From Mantamonas sphyraenae STR306 (taxonomy: Eukaryota > Protista > CRuMs), in the NCBI GenBank assembly GCA_026936335.1, contig JAPMXV010000024.1:68303-132302 (forward strand): a stretch of 64,000 nt of DNA, in the 5' to 3' direction. Below, in pieces: positions 61,172 to 64,000 of this stretch. Below the pieces are notes generated by a model, which worked only from the letters and a program-made list of their open reading frames with translations, did not search any database and was not told the DNA's origin. Both the position numbers and the translations under genes were made by a program. The stretch's first letter is position 1; each line of letters starts with the position of its first letter.

Positions 61172-63609
61172 TCATTCGAGGCGCTGGCGTTTGGAGGAGG
61201 AGGAGGAGGAGGAGGAGGAAGGGTCTTTGCGCTTGGGGAGGGTGAAGGAGGGGATGCGGCAGGCGTTAACGAGTGCGATGGTGGTGGGGCGGGTGGTGAT
61301 GTGGGGTGTGATGCGGTCGAGGAGGGTGTGGAGGAGGGTGTGCAGTGTGGCGTCGCTGGGTTTGGATTTGTCGAGCCAGGCGATCTTGAGGGAGAGGGAG
61401 GTAACGCCGCGGGTGAGGGTGTTGCTGATGGCAACTTGAACCTGCAGGCTGGTGAGTCGTGGTCTGAGGAGGCGGACAAAGAAGGCCAGGTCGACAGGCG
61501 GCACGGCAACGTTGCCCAGCGCCAGGATGATGTGTCGCAGCAAGGAGAGCTGGCTACCGGTGTTGATCAACTCACGCAGTGCCTGGTTCTCATTTGCGTG
61601 CTGATGGCGAAGGTGCTTGGCTGCGCGTGCTTTCATGTGTGCCAGCAGCGTCTGGAACTCCCGCGCCGTGCAGCTGCCACGCTCGTCGTTCGGACCAGTG
61701 CTCCAACCACTCCGCACAGACTCAGGATGCCACTTGTCCACGTTGGTGGTGGTAAGGTGGTGGTCGTAGTCGCATTGTGTCCAGTGTGGGTCGCTGTCGT
61801 TGTCAGCAGGGCGTCGTGCTTTCTGCAGCACCAGCTTGGTCTGCGTGTGCTCCTTCCAGGTGGTGGGATGGGGCCTGTTGCCGAGAGTGTCCATCTCTGT
61901 CATGAGCAGGTGGAGGAGGGCGTAGTTGGGGTCGCCGTGGTCGTGTGGCTCCTCCAGCCAGCACACCTTCAACCCAGCCTTTGTCACACCCATGGCCAGA
62001 CCAGCGTGGTCAATGGCAAGGCTGCACGTGCGTTGATCCACATCACGGCCGAGAAGGGTGAGGCAGAAGGTCATGTCTCCCTGGGAGAGGGGAATATTGC
62101 CGAGTGCAAGCTGAATCTGTCGGACCAGCGTCAGCAGGGTGCCATGGCAGACCACAACACGCGCCTGCAGGGTCATCAGGTCGGGGATGTCGTAGATAGG
62201 ATGCTCATTGGCCAGAGTGTGCATGTGGTTCAGCAGTGCCGTGTGCTCCTTCTTGTTCCTGTGGCTGCGCTCGTCACAGTATCCAATTGTCCACCCTTTG
62301 CGCACAACACCACCTGGCAACTTGATCTTCTTGTTCACGCCTGTGTTCTTCCGTGCGCCGGTGTCTCCGTTCTTGGCCCTCCTTGCTCGTGTGCTAGACG
62401 TTCCTGTCTCTGTGCCACTGCCAGCCGTGACCCTGATCCTGCGCCGTCCGCTGCCTTTTTTCTGTTGGGGACCAGTACGTCGGCTGTTGTGGCCTCTGCG
62501 GCGTCGTGTGCGGCTGCTGCTTGTGCGTCTCGGCTGCCACTCGTCCAAGTCCTCCTGCTCCATGTCGTCTGTGTCGTCGTCGCTGTCGTCTGGCGGCATG
62601 TACTCCTCATTCATGGCATCACCAGAGTCTGCAAAGCTGAGTGATCCCTGAATTTCCACCTCGTCGTCCACGTGCTGCTGGGTTGCGTCGTTTGCCTCGC
62701 CTTCTTCGTACGCCTCCATCCCTGAGCTGGTCATCCACTCTGAGTTGCTGGAGATTGACCGTGGTTCACGGTGGCCAAAGTTCAGGAACATCAGGTCCTC
62801 CACGTCGCCGGTGTCATGTGTGTGCGTGTCCTGGTCTGCGTCGTCGTCGTCGCTGTCTCCAGTCTGCCGTGTGGACTGGTGGGAGGAGGACGACGATGTG
62901 GTGGTGGACGTGGTCCGTGTGATGCCGACAAAGGCAGGACTGATACGTTTGGGGACGCGGTTGTGGTTTCTGGTGGGTTGAGCAGGCGGACGGGGCAACG
63001 GAGTCTGAGCGAAATGCATCTGGGCGGTTTGACGCGGCTGAGGAGGCGGCGGAGGAGGGTAGGCGTAGTATGGATGGCCTTGATGAGCATATGCGGTGTG
63101 CTGCTGGGAGTGGGTGTTGACAGGGACCCAGATGATGGGTGGTGGTGGGTGCCGGTACGGGTTTTGTACGCCAGAGGCGGGCAGCATGTTCGGAAACGGC
63201 TGGGCAGCCATGGGAGGGACCATGTACGCATAGCTGTGGGGAAGACGAGAGGGGCGCGGTGTGAACGGTGAGCGGAAGGCGGGATGGACGCCGTCAGGGC
63301 AGAAGCGGGGTGAAGGGAGGCTGGAACGAGCAAAGAGGGAAAACGGACGAGATTGGCAGACGGGGAAACTGGCAACGGGGAGAGCAGTGACAGGGGACAG
63401 GGGATCGGAGAAGAGCGGTGAAGGCAGCAGCGGTGGTGATGGGGAAGGGGAGATGCTTGGGAGGAGTGTAGAGAAGCGACGGAGGCATGGAGGAGGCAAG
63501 CAAGCGGGAGAAGCGGGCAGTCAGAAAACGGGGTGGAAGGCAGAACGCACGCTGGGTAGGTGTTGGGTGTGTGTTGCTGCTTCGGAGTGCTTGAGTAGTC
63601 CTTGTCCAT
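61172..63609 (-). CDS. Telomere-proximal orphan protein: Pro-rich, acidic and basic N-half plus a duplicated C-terminal domain; exons 63609-63551 and 63233-61172
   Basis: Phase-2 intron GTGCGT...CCACAG gives MDKDYSS...YPA|YAYMVPP. Internal repeat GWTIGYCDER...LLNHM...LALGN...GVT..LKVCWL versus GWSTGPNDER...LLAHM...LALGN...GVT..LKIAWL. Confidence 0.72.
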
Positions 63610-63873
63610 GGTGGTGGTGGTACTTAAGTGTATGTGGGTTGTGTTGGACTGTTGGAGGGTGTTGTGGGTGTTGGTGATACTTTCGTTGAAGGCGGATGGG
63701 CAGTGCTGACTGCGCGGCGTTGCAGGACGACGGCCACTCACAAGTGACATTTCCACTCCCACCCATTGCCCACAGCCCCATGTCACCACCCAACTCAGCC
63801 ACCCCACCAGCAGACACAAGCACAACTCAATCGACATAGACCGGACTCCTCATCACCAATATCTACAAACATG

Positions 63874-64000
63874 TTAGAGTTAGGGTTAGGGTTAGGGTTA
63901 GGGTTAGGGTTAGGGTTAGGGTTAGGGTTAGGGTTAGGGTTAGGGTTAGGGTTAGGGTTAGGGTTAGGGTTAGGGTTAGGGTTAGGGTTAGGTTAGGGTT
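63874..64000 (+). repeat. Telomere repeat (TTAGGG)n, G-strand toward the window end
   Basis: One TTAGAG variant, then a TTAGGG run with one TTAGG variant near 63988. Confidence 0.98.

Noticed and set aside
63766-63996. (LG)n ORF
   Set aside because: Translation of the telomere repeat.
1-64000. Transposon, retroelement, endogenous virus, rRNA/tRNA genes or a variant genetic code
   Set aside because: No RT, transposase, integrase, capsid or structural RNA signature recognised; TAA, TAG and TGA all end conserved genes at the expected positions.

Overview
Eukaryotic chromosome end from a gene-dense, GC-rich genome, probably a flagellated protist (inference from GT-AG introns with CTGAC-type branch sites, standard genetic code, a likely ciliary gene and a terminal (TTAGGG)n tract from 63874). 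The left ~20 kb is mostly housekeeping: PIG-O, a stefin-type cystatin missed by the ORF track, a coiled-coil protein, a CFAP92-like gene, ERGIC3 and a GPAT, plus two head-to-head PB1-domain genes carrying LIR/AIM-like motifs, one read through into a deviant SNF2 ATPase. From ~20.2 kb the region looks subtelomeric and rearranged. It holds a ~6.04-kb tandem array (three NBR1-like PB1-FW-UBA genes, two full EGF multi-pass membrane genes, stubs at both ends) and two paralogous LRR-ankyrin-C-terminal F-box-like genes with variable 28-aa repeats. It also holds a small secreted bacterial-type alpha/beta barrel protein, a ~1850-aa secreted His/Arg-rich protein, a BTB-BACK-SPRY gene, an F-box-like repeat protein, a 170-bp tandem repeat joined to a 5'-truncated, frameshifted SPRY-HECT ligase, and an orphan gene starting ~265 bp from the telomere. 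Best candidate for a new system (hypothesis only): a subtelomeric sense-ubiquitylate-autophagy toolkit. All domain calls come from motif recognition by eye; no database searches were run.
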